From Aplysia californica (taxonomy: Eukaryota), in contig NW_004797545.1 of NCBI RefSeq assembly GCF_000002075.1, forward strand, positions 114,287 through 178,286: 64,000 nt of DNA, read 5' to 3'. A model generated the notes under the pieces. That model was given only the letters and a program-made list of their open reading frames with translations. It was not told the DNA's origin and did no database searches. A program made the translations under genes and the position numbers. Below, in pieces: positions 24,815-37,979 of this stretch (positions are counted from its first letter, which is position 1; each line of letters begins with the position of its first letter).

Positions 24815-26339
24815 CCTGGATGTTTACTTGTTTTTATGTCAGAGACAACCTTTAGTGGCATTTCTATGACATCAAAAGTAGGACGAAACCTGGGACGAGG
24901 AAAAAAAATGAAGAGTTGATAGGTCAAGATCTAAGATAGCAGGGTAATGGCATTATTATTGCAAGGTCTTCCGAAAAATTTTCAACGCTAAAGGATTTCC
25001 ACGGGAAAGATGGGTCAACAGTGTCAAAGAGACCTTTAAAAGACACAAAATTAATATTTTGACAACCAAAAAAGCGATACACAACTCTGACACACGCTCT
25101 AAAATCACGTCTCCCTTTGACAACTTGTGGTATAGGAAGAGGATAGAAAAGAAAGTATACTCCAGAATGAACAAGAGAATAGCCAAGGAAAAAATTAATT
25201 CTGTCTTTATTGAGATAAAACTTTAACAGAAAGCTAGCTGAACGTTCCCTTTGTTGTTCAATTTAGTCACACTGAACAGCTATTAAGCGTTTCCCCTTCA
25301 TAAAAACCTTGAAAGTTATCAGCAGGCTAAGGTCCCTTGATGTCATATGACGTTTTGACTGTATCGTTTCAACAATGTCGTAAACAAAAAGTTATATACA
25401 CCAGGCAGTACTTTTCAACACAGTATCGTAAAAATAATAATAATGATAGTAGTTATTTTGGTAACAATAATGATAGTAATAACAATAATAAAAATGATAA
25501 TAATAGTAATAAACAGTGTTCACATAAAACTTGAAAGTAGGCCTGTTAGTCCCTGCACTAAATAGCTCAGTGTACATTTTCTTAGTGGGTGGCTGCCCGG
25601 TGCTGTGGTGTGGCGTTCTCCTTCTTTCCTATCAAACAAATATAGACTTTATCTCTCCTCCGACACGTTTTATTATTTTTAATTTCTTTTAAACTAAATC
25701 TATTTTTGTATAATACTTTTTAGTAACACATCTTATCGTCGGTACTTATATGGCCGTTTTATGTCGCAAGCGCTGTAAAATATTAACAATACTAAGACGA
25801 AACCGTGTCATGTTTCTGCACTTCAGAACATGCCTCCGCAACATGCAACACTGCAGCATGACGCAACAACTCAGCAATTTTCTCAGTACACCTATAAGAC
25901 TCACCACAGCTGTGTCTGTTCTGGGATCAGGTTCACCAACAGGCGACTACAAAATCACAACAAAAACAGCAACACGATGAAGACAAAACGAGGACATTTA
26001 GGCACAGATATAATAATATACATGTATACAATAATATTGTTTTAGCCATTTGAAAGATGGTCTAAATAGCACAACTATAGTTATTCTATGAAAGGCACAC
26101 GTTCGGTTGGGGGGTCGGTACAATAAATGAATAAATGAATGAATGATTGAATGAAGGAATGAATGAATTAATCAATTAATTAATCAATCTATCAATCAAC
26201 CCATCAATGATTTTGGCCACCGAGTAGCCGTAAAGCAAAACAAAGCAAAATTCAAAGTGTCAAATCCTTTCAAAGAAGCACACAAAAGAAGATGTCAAAG
26301 ACGTTTTGAAAAGAAAATACAAAAAAAAGTAATAAACCG

Positions 26340-26411
26340 CGGCCACCCAGAGATGTGAACTCGGACCGCTGGATTCAAAGTCCAGATTGCTAAACAATGC
26401 GCCATGGGACA
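26340..26411 (-). pseudogene. tRNA-Gln(UUG) degenerate copy
   Basis: Anticodon arm ctggactttgaatccag is retained. Acceptor stem, D arm and T arm are heavily mutated. Confidence 0.8.
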
Positions 26412-27308
26412 GAAGCTTGGTAAAATGACACATTGGCATAAACCTCTGGTTCCCTGGCTAAGATGTGGGCTTTTTAATCAGAGGACCCCGTTTTCGTCCA
26501 ACAATTTTAATTTAAAAAAATGTTTGTTACACCCGCTTTTGTCCCATAATTTTGGATTACATTAAATGTTACTTTAATTGACAATTCGATTTAAAAATGG
26601 TTTTACGATGTCGTATCATCTTGTCTCCCCCGACACGTTTTCTTTATTTGTTATTTCTATTAAACTAAATCTATTTTAGTATCATACTTTTTAGTAACAC
26701 CTCTAATTGTCGGTACTTATACGACCATTTAATGGTGACAATGCTGTAAAAGATTAAGAATACTAAAACGAAACCGTGCTATGTTTCTGCACTTCAGAAC
26801 GTGCTTCCGCTACATGCAACCTTGCAACATGACGCAACAACTGGACAATTCTCTCAGTTTACTATGAGAATCACCACAGCTGTGTCTGTTTTGAGATCAG
26901 GTTCACCAACAGGCGAGTGTAAAACCATATAAAAAACAACAACATGATGAAGACAAAACGAGGACATTTAGGCACAGATATAATGATATACATGTACATA
27001 AAGTATGTTGAAAGGTGGTCTAATGAGCACAACTATAGTTATATAATGAAAGGCACACGTGTGGATGGGGGTCGGTACAAAAATCAATGAATGGACTAAT
27101 GAATGAATGAATGAATGAGTGAATGAATGAATGAATGAATGAATGAATGAATGAATGAATAAATAAACGTTGGCCTTCGAGTAGTCGCTAGTCATATAGG
27201 TGCTAAGCAAAACAAAACAAAATTAAAAGACAATGCCAAATCCTTTCAAATATGCACACACAAGATTTCATCGACATTTTGAATTTTTTAAAAAATATTT
27301 AAAAATCG

Positions 27309-27380
27309 AGGTCCCACCGAGATTTGAACTCGGATTGCAGGATTCAAAGTCCAGATGTCTAACCATTACACAATGGGACC
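27309..27380 (-). pseudogene. tRNA-Gln(UUG) mildly degenerate copy
   Basis: About 6 substitutions versus the intact copies, disrupting the D-stem 3' strand and one anticodon-stem pair. The B box is intact. Confidence 0.8.
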
Positions 27381-27630
27381 TGCGCACAGAGGCTAGGTGA
27401 AATGACAAATTGACAATAACCTGATATTCCTTGGCTAAGCTGTAGGATTTTTATTAAAAGGATCCTGTTTTCGTTCAACAATTTTCATTTTTGAAATTTG
27501 TCTCACCCGTTTTCGGCCTTCCCGTCTTTCTCCCACATGGACTCGATTTCATTAAATGTTACTGCAATAACTTCGAATTAAGAATGGTTTTATTATGAGA
27601 ACATTCGTAACGTGCCATATATTATTACAA

Positions 27631-27669
<39 letters not shown>

Positions 27670-27981
27670 TTTGTTTGTTTGTTTGTTTCCTATCTCAGGG
27701 CTCTGTAAGCGGAGGTTATGTTCAGGCTTTTCGGGGTCTGTTCTTGCTTGGAGAAATATTCCGACTTTAATTCTACTTAAAGTTTTACGGCACTTGCAGC
27801 ACAATAATTAGGGCACGTAAATGCCAAAGGCTAGAGATGTTACAAGATAGTGACATACAAAGAGAAGAATCGTCATTCATCATTGTCGCATGTCAAAAAA
27901 TGAAGTTTTCAGGAGAAGCAAAAACGTGTTTAATTTCGAGCGTCCTGTGTTATTGTAACACAACTTATTGAATTTGTCTAA

Positions 27982-28699
27982 GGGTAAGACCAGGATTAAG
28001 GACAGACGACACGACAAAACGGACAATGATGTATTGTAATTTGTAGATAAAACCAAAAAAGGAGTAAAATATAGCAAAATCGTTTTGCCATACCACGTTG
28101 ACACCGACACTATTTTCCACGTCACGAACGACTCCCCAAGTATATGTTTCAAAAATTTTGTCCTTCCGTTTCAAGGGAAATAATCTCCTCAACTAGTGTC
28201 CTTCAGACGTACTTTTCTTTCCCCACCAGTTGTCTATAAATAGCTAAGATCCAATATGCCTAAAAAGGAAAACAACCGAGCATCACTTTTTTGCTTTGTA
28301 TATATCGCAAACATGAATGAAGAATGACTCATTCGAAATGTTAAGTCATCCTTGCACGTCTCCAAAAGTTCATAAAAATTACACGGTTTCATTCGAAAAA
28401 AGCTGGAAAAATTTTTTATCGTCATCCAAATAATTGAGGGAATAAATGATGAAATTCCCCGACACTCTCACAGTGTCTCAATATTGGATGAATGCCATAT
28501 TTTTTTAAGCAAGTTGTCATTGTCTCTTCTGTCTCCTACTCATCCATAATAAAAACAACAACTTCTTTCTCCTGGTACACGCCATGTCTGATGAGAGAAT
28601 GTCGTGGAAATTGTCCTTTGTTACTGTGGTCGGTTTTTACAAATGACGAAACGGACAATTTAAGTTATTGTGTCGCCCGGCCTTGATGTTGTCTTACCC
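27982..28699 (-). mobile_element. PIF/Harbinger deletion derivative
   Basis: ~30-bp imperfect TIRs beginning GGGTAAGAC, with TAA/TGA 3-bp flanks. Internal minus-strand remnant KNFSSFFRMKPCNFYELLETCKDDL resembles the Harbinger transposase N-terminus. Absent from paralogous flanks (~3640, ~17650). Confidence 0.75.
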
Positions 28700-28884
28700 T
28701 GAAGCTGTTACTATTTTAAGAAGATGATCGAGGCCAGGGCCAACTGAAGCAACCCTTCAAATTGTATAACATATTTGGTATCCATTTGTTCGAACTTTTG
28801 ACTTACTACAGTGTAGAATCTCAAGACCTACAAGGAGTCACTATTTGGGGAGGGGGGGCGCAAAATCGATAACCGGCACGCTCA

Positions 28885-29610
28885 GATGATACTGTCCGGC
28901 TTGCAAGCACGAGCGAAGATCTTTCTTAATTTGTGGAAGTAGTTAATGTAAATAACAGCAAGACAGGCCTCAACATGAACGCTAAGAAAAACAAATCCCA
29001 TGACAATATCAAAATCAACTGAAAAAACATCAAACATAACCATAGATTGTGAGATAATCGAACACGTACCCCAATTCAAATATCCAGGGGCAACAGTCAC
29101 AGACGATGAAAGAAGTGAAAAAGAAATAAACATAAGAACAGCAAATGCAAAAACAAGAATCAGCCAAATGGACAAATGATAGAATGCTTCATCTTCTCAA
29201 TATTTCTATATGGCACGGAGACCTGGACTTTTTCAAAGAAAGGAGAAAACAAAATAGATGCATTTGAAATGCAGTACTATCGAAAAATGGCCAGAACAAG
29301 TTGGAAAGCAAAAAAGACGAACAATGAGGTGTGTCAGCTTTTCCACAGAAGACAGGACCTGCTGAAAAAAATATATAATCCTGGAAAATACAATGCTTTG
29401 GCAACTTGAAACGACCCAAACCCATTGTGAAAGAGGGGCTTGAAGGAAGGATGTGGAGCAGGAGAGCCAGGGGAAGAAAAAGAGAAACATGGAGGGACAA
29501 CATTAAAAAAGACTGGTTGGGATATTATAGCAGTATGTACAATGGCAGCTCACGACCCTGAAGCATAGAGCGTTATTACAATTTAGTCGTTGGGGCAGAG
29601 ATGACACTCG
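28885..29610 (+). mobile_element. RTE-clade LINE 3' fragment
   Basis: IEHVPQFKYPGATVTDDERSEKEINIRTANAK, IFSIFLYGTETWT..ENKIDAFEM..YRKM, EGRMWSRRARGRKRETWRDNIK, with frameshifts. Confidence 0.88.
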
Positions 29611-29940
29611 TCTGTGGTGTAGCGGTTAGGCACGTTGTTGTCGTCTGCAGAAGATCAGAGCTTGATTCTAGTGTAAGGATAATTTTTTTATCGAGTATCT
29701 CGGACTTTCTGCTGGAATGCTGTATCCCTTTCAATCTGGGTGGATCCTGACAGGCATGGTTATCTTTTTGGAGGCAGGATTCAGATCATGCCTTTCAGGG
29801 TCAATCCGGGCTCAGATGGATGCAACATCCCAGCAGAATTACCGAGATACTTGATTTTAAAAAGTTCTTCTGGCTAAGGAACCGAACTCGTATTTTGTGT
29901 GCGCGACAACGAAGCACCTAACCACAACACAGATGCCAGT
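29609..29940. mobile_element. Two tRNA(Asp-like)-derived SINEs in tail-to-tail inverted orientation
   Basis: gtctgtggtgtagcggttagg...ttatcgagtatctcggactttctgctgg on + (29609-29795) and its complement on - (29800-29940). The same family occurs in the gene introns (6361, 22530, 34370, 45530) and at 40912, 41320 and 52455. Confidence 0.65.
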
Positions 29941-31239
29941 CAGTGTCTGAGTTCTTTCTTCTTTCTTCATCTTAATCCATCACACTTGAAGTCTGGTATC
30001 TGTCACAGACTTGGTCAATCCTGCTTAGTTTTTCTGTCTGTCCGTATAGCTTCTCTTGCAAAGTCAAAGGGGTTGGCTACTTTTCCTGTCTCAGCGCTCA
30101 GTGTGTCTCGCACTGCTGAAGGATGTGTTTCACAGATCGCTCTGCTTCTCCATAACAGTGTTTTGGGGATTGAAGTAGTTTGAAACACCTGTACTTGTGT
30201 TGTCTGAGACTTTTGTGTTGTATTTTTAGTCTGAAGTTAATCGCTTGAGTGTCAGTGTTGAAACTTTAATCAAAGCTCAATATAAAAAAAAGTTTACTTT
30301 ACCTGAGTGAATGCAACGCACTGAAGGGGAAAGTTAGACAAAGGCAAGTGGTTGAAGAATACCCGTTCTCAAAAGTGAGATTAATACTGACACTAAAGCA
30401 TTAATTATTATATCACTTAACGGAGGTTTTTTTTTAGATAATATGTATTAGTAAACTAGTACCGGGTAATTAAAAAACCAAACTGCTCTACTTGTTTTGT
30501 AATATTTTCTTTCATACTGAATTTTTGTTTTTCAAATTTGAACTGAATACAAATTTGGAAGTCAATAGGAATTTGTCTGATATTCATTTTAGATGATTCC
30601 ACATAATGGTTTTGCTCTATAATATGACGCTTTACTAAAGACCACCACATTTTCAGCCTTTCCCCTTTATTGTAGCATAACGCATCAATTCGCATTAGTT
30701 CTACCACTCAAAGCTGCAACGAGCGCCATATTGCAAGCTGCTTAGTTTAACTGTCTGTTTTCCTTTATTTCCTTTACATGCTGAGGCCATACTTAAAGTT
30801 GAGTAACGATCAGAAAGCTTTTTGTAATGGATATTACTTCTCTGTCAATTCACCATCACTAATATTTCATATGAGGGCTTTCATGGTCGAGAGGTTGCCC
30901 TGTACGCCTCTCATTCAATAGGTTGCGGGTTTGACTCTGTACCACGACGGAAAATTTTCTTCTCTAAAATGTTCTCCTTTCACCTCATTTACCGTTCTCT
31001 AAAAATGTTCTGTCGTAAGTTTTCTTCTCCGCTTAATATGTACCAATGGTGATAGTGTTTGGCCAAAGTTGAACATTTCGAGCGACATGTTTTAAACGTG
31101 TTAAGTACAAAGGAGGGTATGTGGGCCATTGCTTTGAGGAATTCCAGAATAGGAAGGTTTGTTGTTTTTAAAAACTCTATACAAGAAATGAAATATTGTT
31201 TAAATATAACACGCTTGGAGAATTTTTTGCACTTTTTTC

Positions 31240-31930
31240 AGCCGAAGTCTCTTCTGAGCATCCAACATAAACCAGCTGTCCTAGAGTTCAACCTCTCTTA
31301 TTATTCTATTTGTTCCATTGCAATGATGCTCTGGTGGAGTCTTTCACTTTGCTCTCCTGAAACATCGCACAGGTCTGTCGGGAAGAGGCCAAGGCGGCGG
31401 TGAAGGAAATGAATTTTCACAGACATCCTTGCTCCGATAAATTCATCGTCACGGTTATTTCTCAATAGCCTCAATTATTTGTGATGCAAACTGAGCTCTG
31501 GTCACATCTAGATAATTTTGATTAGTTGACTATATTTCTGTCAAAATTTTAAGAAAAAAACAAAAAACGAATTAAAAAAAACAACTGTTGTGTCATGTCT
31601 GATTTGTAAATGTAATAGTGTTTGGGTTTTTTTTCCTCAAATCCCCCACCTCCCACCCCCCCCACCCCCCTCTTCTCCAAAATAAAAAAAAGACTTAGGC
31701 AATTACCGAATGGGCGTGACGTCATATGCTGTCAGTTCTCTCACATAGACCTTGTGGTCTTTACTCTTGTTACAAACAAGAAAGTTTGGACACATATCTG
31801 TAAAGTTTGACCAGGCTTTTTTCCCAAACAAAGTCGTCATACGTTCAAATGTGTCAACCCATATGACTCCTTTAATGTCTGGTCCAACTAGAATGCCCTC
31901 TTTCAACTTATTTGGTACCACTGATGCCTG
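31240..31930 (-). mobile_element. Chapaev/CMC-like transposase fossil (best preserved copy), interrupted by an insertion
   Basis: KLKEGILVGPDIK..KKAWSNFTDMCPNFL and GARMSVKIHFLHRRLGLFPTDLCDVSGEQSERLHQSI...CWMLRRD match the K-EGIFVGP-I / MSLKIHFLHSH / SDE-GERFHQD family. The superfamily name is from recall. Confidence 0.7.
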
Positions 31931-33005
31931 GAAATTACCTTTTCAATCAAGGCATTGCAGCAGTGCACACAAAAACCCTCTGAATACATTGTGGATGGAC
32001 ACTAAACTTTAAAAAAATATAAACAATGACACAACTCAACATGGGAAACAACTCACATTAACTTAAATAAATGGTCAACAAATGATTACCAGCCTTTGAG
32101 GTTTCATCACCCTTTCAATGCACAATGAAAAAGTGACTGTATAATTTTTTTAAAATAATTTTGTATTGTTTTCTGAATTTAACTTACACTATTTTCAGCA
32201 AACCGTTTACTTTAAATTAAAATTTAAAATAGTATGTCTTTGAAAAATGTAATATAAGACAGCATGCAAATATAACAAAGGTGGTTTCGGCAGCTACCGG
32301 ACTTGTAATGGTGAGATTACTGGTTCGGAGGTTAATGCCTCAGCTCGGTCCGACGTTGTGTCCTTGGAAAAGGCACTTTACACGAGTTTCCCACTGAGCC
32401 CAATCCTTTAGGAAATGAGCATACACTTGGAGGCCACACCTCTTAAATAACCTTACGCACCCTTTAGAATAACTAATACTGCATTTAAAAACTGATTTCT
32501 GCAGAAACCTGACTTAATAGACGAAAACAAACAATTTGGAGTAAACACATCAATTTTCATTATAGTTGACAATTGTCGTGGCTATGTCTTTTAATCGTTG
32601 ACCAGTGATTATAATTATGGGATTTCAAACAACAAATTCACCACCACAATATCTTATCAAATCATCTTTTATTCTTTATTCCAGTCTTACACACTGAAGT
32701 ATGTTTCAAATTTTGGCAGAAATCACAACATAATTTTACTTTTACTTTTTACATCCACTATTTCCGGTAGATACCGTGGAAAGAAACAAAAATAACATTT
32801 TCTGTCAGCTGTGATTCCAGTAGCTTGATAGGTCGTGGGCTCTGAGGGTGTCCTTTACAGTCGATCCAGGACCGTCTTGGTTTCAATACAATTCGAAACA
32901 CGTGCTTGTTGTTATTAGTGGTTATTGTTCGTTTTTATGTTATTTTACGAATCTTTTCCTGTCCCGAGGGGAGGGGGTTCAGTTCGGAGGACGTGGGAGC
33001 TTCCA

Positions 33006-35590
33006 TCAACCTACGGATGGCGTACTGGACTTAGCTACGTACGCCTTACACACGGCGTTTTGGCTGAGATAAGGGTTCTTGGTACAAGCGCCCAACAACT
33101 GGCTACAGTCACAGTTGGTGGTGAGCAGCGAGCTGTCACTTTTGCACGTGTCCACGAGCGTCTTCAGATTGTCCCCGAGAAAACCGGCCACTGGGACCTT
33201 GATGTCGGTGTTGGTCCGGTAAAAGGCGTACTTGACGGGGCATGCGGGGTCCTTGCTTTTGGGCACGGAGGCCCAACGGTTGACGGCGTATTCCTTGGAC
33301 AGGAGAAGTCCCTGCTCCCAGCGGTTTTTCCACTCGACCAGAGTGATGCAGCCGTCTTTGTTGGTGTCGTAGTTGGTTCTGAAGTCGTTGAAGATCTCCG
33401 GGCCTGTGACGAAAGAGTCGTTGTTGGCGTCGTTGATGGCCATGTTGACGCGGAATCTTTGCCCCAGAGTGCCCTTCCCGCTGCACACGTCACCCCAGGC
33501 AGGGGAGGTAAGAGCCACGAAGACGAGGATGGCGTAGGACAACTGCTGGTATAGAAAAAATACAGTAACTAAAAAGTATTCCGATGCAACAGTTGTTTAA
33601 AAACTCCCAACTTTGACATGAAACTAACTTAAGAGTTTCTTAAAACAGACCTCTGTAGAACCGTCTTGTCCTTTTCTCTCTACATAGCAGACTTCCCCTT
33701 TTTTTCTATAGAACATACTTTTTTTTATTTATAATAGAAAATATTTGTCTTTAAAGAATATACTTTACCTTTCTCTCTTAAACGTACTTTTCTCTATAGA
33801 ACTTACTTCTCTTTTCTTTACATGTTCCTTTTCAAATTTGAATGTAGCAAGTTAAAATATGACATGACAAGAGCATACCTCGGTGAAGAATTCTGACAAT
33901 AAAAGTTCAAATGTGGCGTTCCTTTTTTTAGTACTATGGCCTATACTGTCAGATCAAATGTGAACGTAGCAACTTTAAACGGAACAACAATTACATCTTC
34001 AAATGTGACGTTGCGCGCTCTAATGTGGCATCAATGAACATGTGTTATTTTATCTGAGAATAAAGGAATCGTTCCTGCAGTTTTCTCCCAAATTGAATAT
34101 TCATAGAGAAAAAACGAGTTTGAAAGGCATAATATTATATAAGAGGTGAGGACTATTTGCAATTTGCATTCAGTTTGCTTGCCATAAAGCATACATCTAC
34201 TAACAAAACTGTAACAAGAACAAACGAGAGAGATGGCCAAGTAACACTGTGGAGATAAGAGACAATGATAGGGGTCAGACGACATGAGTGTCGTTGTCTA
34301 AGATATTGTTGACAGACACCTGGCTATGTTAATAGCATAACAAACCGAAAACTCAGAGTCTGCATCGGAGTCTACTATGTAGCGGTTATGAGCTTCGCTG
34401 TCGCGATACTCGATCGAAAATTGGGGCCGGGGGAGATTTCTGCCAGGATAATGTTTCCCTCCCTTTCAGGCAGGGTTAAATGTCTGACTCTGAATGATGT
34501 AAATTGTGTTGATGGGGGCGTAAAACACCTGCATTCAGAGTCTGCCTTCTACAAGCCTGCCTTGTAAGCCGGACAACCCTCAGCATAATTATTGACAGAC
34601 TACTGGGCACCATGAAAGAATTAGAAGGCAGGCTTGCTTGAAATATTTCGAGTGCACCAAGAAACTGCACCATGCATCAACATGGCTCCTGAATTATGCA
34701 CAAGCCAACAAATCCACATACAATGATGAATCAAGCATAACCCTAGAGATGAAAAAAACCGATGGACGATCTGGCCCGAGAGGCAAGCAGTCTTCCAAGG
34801 CCAACGTGGAACACATTTTGCAATGATATTCGTTGCGAGTATATTGGTGGCTTCATGTTCCATGAACTTTGAAGGAGGAAGAATGATAGATGATCTACGG
34901 TGGATGTATTTTTCGACATAGATATTGCACTTGCTCATAGGCAAGCAGCCAACCTGCAATTGCCTTCAAAATTATAGTCTCCGGTTTTTAACCTCCTTTC
35001 TCCCCATTTCTCAATATCTACAAAAATGCAAATGTTCAATGTAAGGCACTGACAAAAGAAACACTGGGCAAAGTTTGTCACCACCTCTTGGGTCAGCACT
35101 ACGAAGAAATGAAGGCAACCCTAACCCAAATCGCGTAACAAGAAGTCGATGTGGCTACTGGTCAAAAGATGCAAGCTGCTTTTAGCGGTCAGCAAGCATG
35201 TCAAAGTTTTGCTACCTGCTTTGGGAGTCAAGACGCTTTCATGTTATTTTAATTTTCCTATACTCCATTTTATCTTCAGATAGCAGACAGTTCCTTCTCT
35301 TTTTTTCGTTAAAACATAAATTTTCATTTCTCTGTTTTTCTATAGGACCGCCTATGTCTTTATATTATACAACAAACAAGTTCTTTTTCCTCTAGAGCTG
35401 TCTTCCTTTTTCCGAAGAAAAAACTTTTCATCTCTAAAGAACATACTTTTCTTTTCTCTATTTCTCTATAGAGCAGATTTTTTCGTTCACTAAAGAACAG
35501 ACGTGAACAAAGTTCTTCCATTAGATAGCGAAAGCTGGAAGATCTCTAGAATCGCGGGAGACTTCTGCAACCTCTGTCTGTACTCACCAT
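33006..35590 (-). CDS. Secreted cysteine-rich EF-hand protein, copy 4 (180 aa; exons 35590-35588 and 33545-33006)
   Basis: Intact 540-bp exon 2, ATG|GTGAGT exon 1, 2042-bp intron and TATAAAA at 35648-35642. Confidence 0.9.
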
Positions 35591-35641
35591 GATTGTGGCA
35601 ACTCTTGTGTAGAATAATCAAACCCAGAGAACTCCAGCTCC

Positions 35642-35648
35642 TTTTATA
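35642..35648 (-). promoter_or_regulatory. TATA box of copy 4
   Basis: TATAAAA on the minus strand, in the conserved context. Confidence 0.8.
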
Positions 35649-37848
35649 CCTGGATGTCTACTTGTTTTTAGGTCACGGACAGCCTGCAGTGGCATTTTCA
35701 AGACATCAAAAGTAGGACGAAACCTGTGACGAGGAAAAAAAACGAAGAGTTTATAGTTCAAGATCCAAGATAACAGGGGAATTACATGTCATTATGAAGT
35801 CTGTCCCAGAAATCTTCTAAGCAAAACGATGGCCACGGAAAAGATGGGTCGGCAGTGTCAAAGAGACCTTCAAAAAACACAATAATAATGATGACCCAAA
35901 AGGGCAAATAACAGGTCTAACCCAAGTTCTGTAATTGCACCTCCCTTCAACACTTTGTGGTATAAGAAGAGCACAGAAAAATGTAAGTGAAAGCAAAATT
36001 CCAGAATTAAAAAGACATATCAATAAAATGTTAAAAAATAATTCTGTCTTGATTAAGATAAAACTTTAAAAGACAATAAGGTGAACGTTCCCTTCATTTT
36101 TCAATGTAGTCACAGTGAAGAGCTTTGAAGCATTTCCCCCAATCGTTGCAGGTGTAAATTTCAATGCATGCCGTCGCTGTAAAATAGAATTTTGCGTTAC
36201 GAGACCGAAACCAATCTCTTTTTTTCTGAGTGTTTTACCCGCTTGCAACTTCATAACGTCGGCTGCCTGATGTTTCCACAATTTTGATCTTGTTTGTTTG
36301 TAAACAAAATAACGTCGTACAGTATAAATCATAAGTACTGAACTACAATCCCAACTTGTTTGACATGGAAAACTCACTGATTTGACATCAGAGTTGCCTT
36401 AGGAAAATAGGAATGTTGCGAAGCCGAGCAACATGAACCACTTTGGACATCAAAGAAAGCTGCAGAACATCCAGTAAGAAAATAATAGAACCAAACCTCA
36501 GTGAACATNNNNNNNNNNNNNNNNNNNNNNNNNNNNNNNNNNNNNNNNNNNNNNNNNNNNNNNNNNNNNNNNNNNNNNNNNNNNNNNNNNNNNNNNNNNN
36601 NNNNNNNNNNNNNNNNNNNNNNNNNNNNNNNNNNNNNNNNNNNNNNNNNNNNNNNNNNNNNNNNNNNNNNNNNNNNNNNNNNNNNNNNNNNNNNNNNNNN
36701 NNNNNNNNNNNNNNNNNNNNNNNNNNNNNNNNNNNNNNNNNNNNNNNNNNNNNNNNNNNNNNNNNNNNNNNNNNNNNNNNNNNNNNNNNNNNNNNNNNNN
36801 NNNNNNNNNNNNNNNNNNNNNNNNNNNNNNNNNNNNNNNNNNNNNNNNNNNNNNCAATTCAGTTGATATGACTATTATTAAAATATATATATTGAACTGA
36901 AGCACAGATATGACTGCTAAACAAAATCAAATGACTCCTCACAATTGAAAAACAAAGGCAGAGCAACTATCTGAGTCTTTCTTTGGACTTTGACGTGGGG
37001 AGAGAGAAAGTGAAAGACCTATGTGAATGGTCTTCTCAACACGAAAGAGTACATCAAAGACGTTACACCAGATGAAAAACGTACATTTGGGTTTATTATC
37101 TGAAACAGAGTGACTAGAAGATCAATGTTTGCCGGATATGTTGATATCTATGACCATGCCAACCCATTGTAAAGTGCTCTAGAAGAGCCCATGCCAGTTG
37201 CATCATCTCCTGTCTCACCCTGCATAGACAAACACTTTCTACTGCTCCTAAATTTGGGCTAGCATCTTTCAAATTTCTTTCCACTTTTCTCTTCTCCATT
37301 CTCTATGACTGTTCTACAGGTTCCAAGAGCATTCCCCTTGATCGTTAAACCTGTGAATCTCCACTCCTTTCTTTTGTCTTGTTCTCCTTCATGAATTACT
37401 TCCTCATTTATGACTCTGTTTATCCACTTGATCCTGAGTAACTTTCTAGGGCACCTATTGGTGGCAACCTGGATCCTTCAGCATTTTGCAAAGAGTGCTT
37501 TGGAAGAGTACCAGCCAGCTGCACCACTAAGCAATCCCCAAGGAACGAGCAAGCCAAGGAGTTTCCGTCCAGATCTGTAGACATGCTCCCGGAGGTCCCC
37601 TCCTACTACATGTATTCCCAGAATGAGCAAAGCTCTGGAAAACTGTTCCTTGATCCCAGATTTTGTAATCTGTCCGGAGCGTCTTTGGTTTTACTAAACA
37701 GCTTTCACTGGGCATGGACAATCTTCCGTGTGTGCTAGACTATTCAAATATGTGCTAGATGGAAAGAACATGTCGATGTGTTTCACGTAACGATAAACTG
37801 TACAAAAACTGGACGATCTAGCGATCATACGATAAATCGTTATGCGGG

Positions 37849-37979
37849 GTGCCCACTACGGCTGGGATCAGCCGATCAGGCCGATCGCCCCGACTCGATC
37901 GCCTCTAAAACAAACGTGTTTGTTTTCAGTTTCAGGCGATCGAGTCGGGCGATCGGCCTGATCCAGCTGTAGTGGGCAC
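37849..37979. repeat. 131-bp near-perfect palindrome (MITE-like hairpin)
   Basis: gtgcccactac..gatcaggccgatcgccc.gactcgatcgcct / aggcgatcgagtcgggcgatcggcctgatc..gtagtgggcac. Confidence 0.85.

Larger units (their letters stand above)
25650..27600. repeat. ~1-kb direct tandem duplication, each unit containing a tRNA-Gln copy
   Basis: ~25650-26612 aligns with ~26613-27600, e.g. ccgacacgtttt...aaactaaatctatt and gaagacaaaacgaggacatttaggcacagatataat. Confidence 0.85.

Noticed and set aside
30874-30950. tRNA-like sequences at 7821-7891, 19512-19581, 30874-30950 and 38861-38919 as real tRNA genes
   Set aside because: No complete cloverleaf, and they are attached to a common SINE body.
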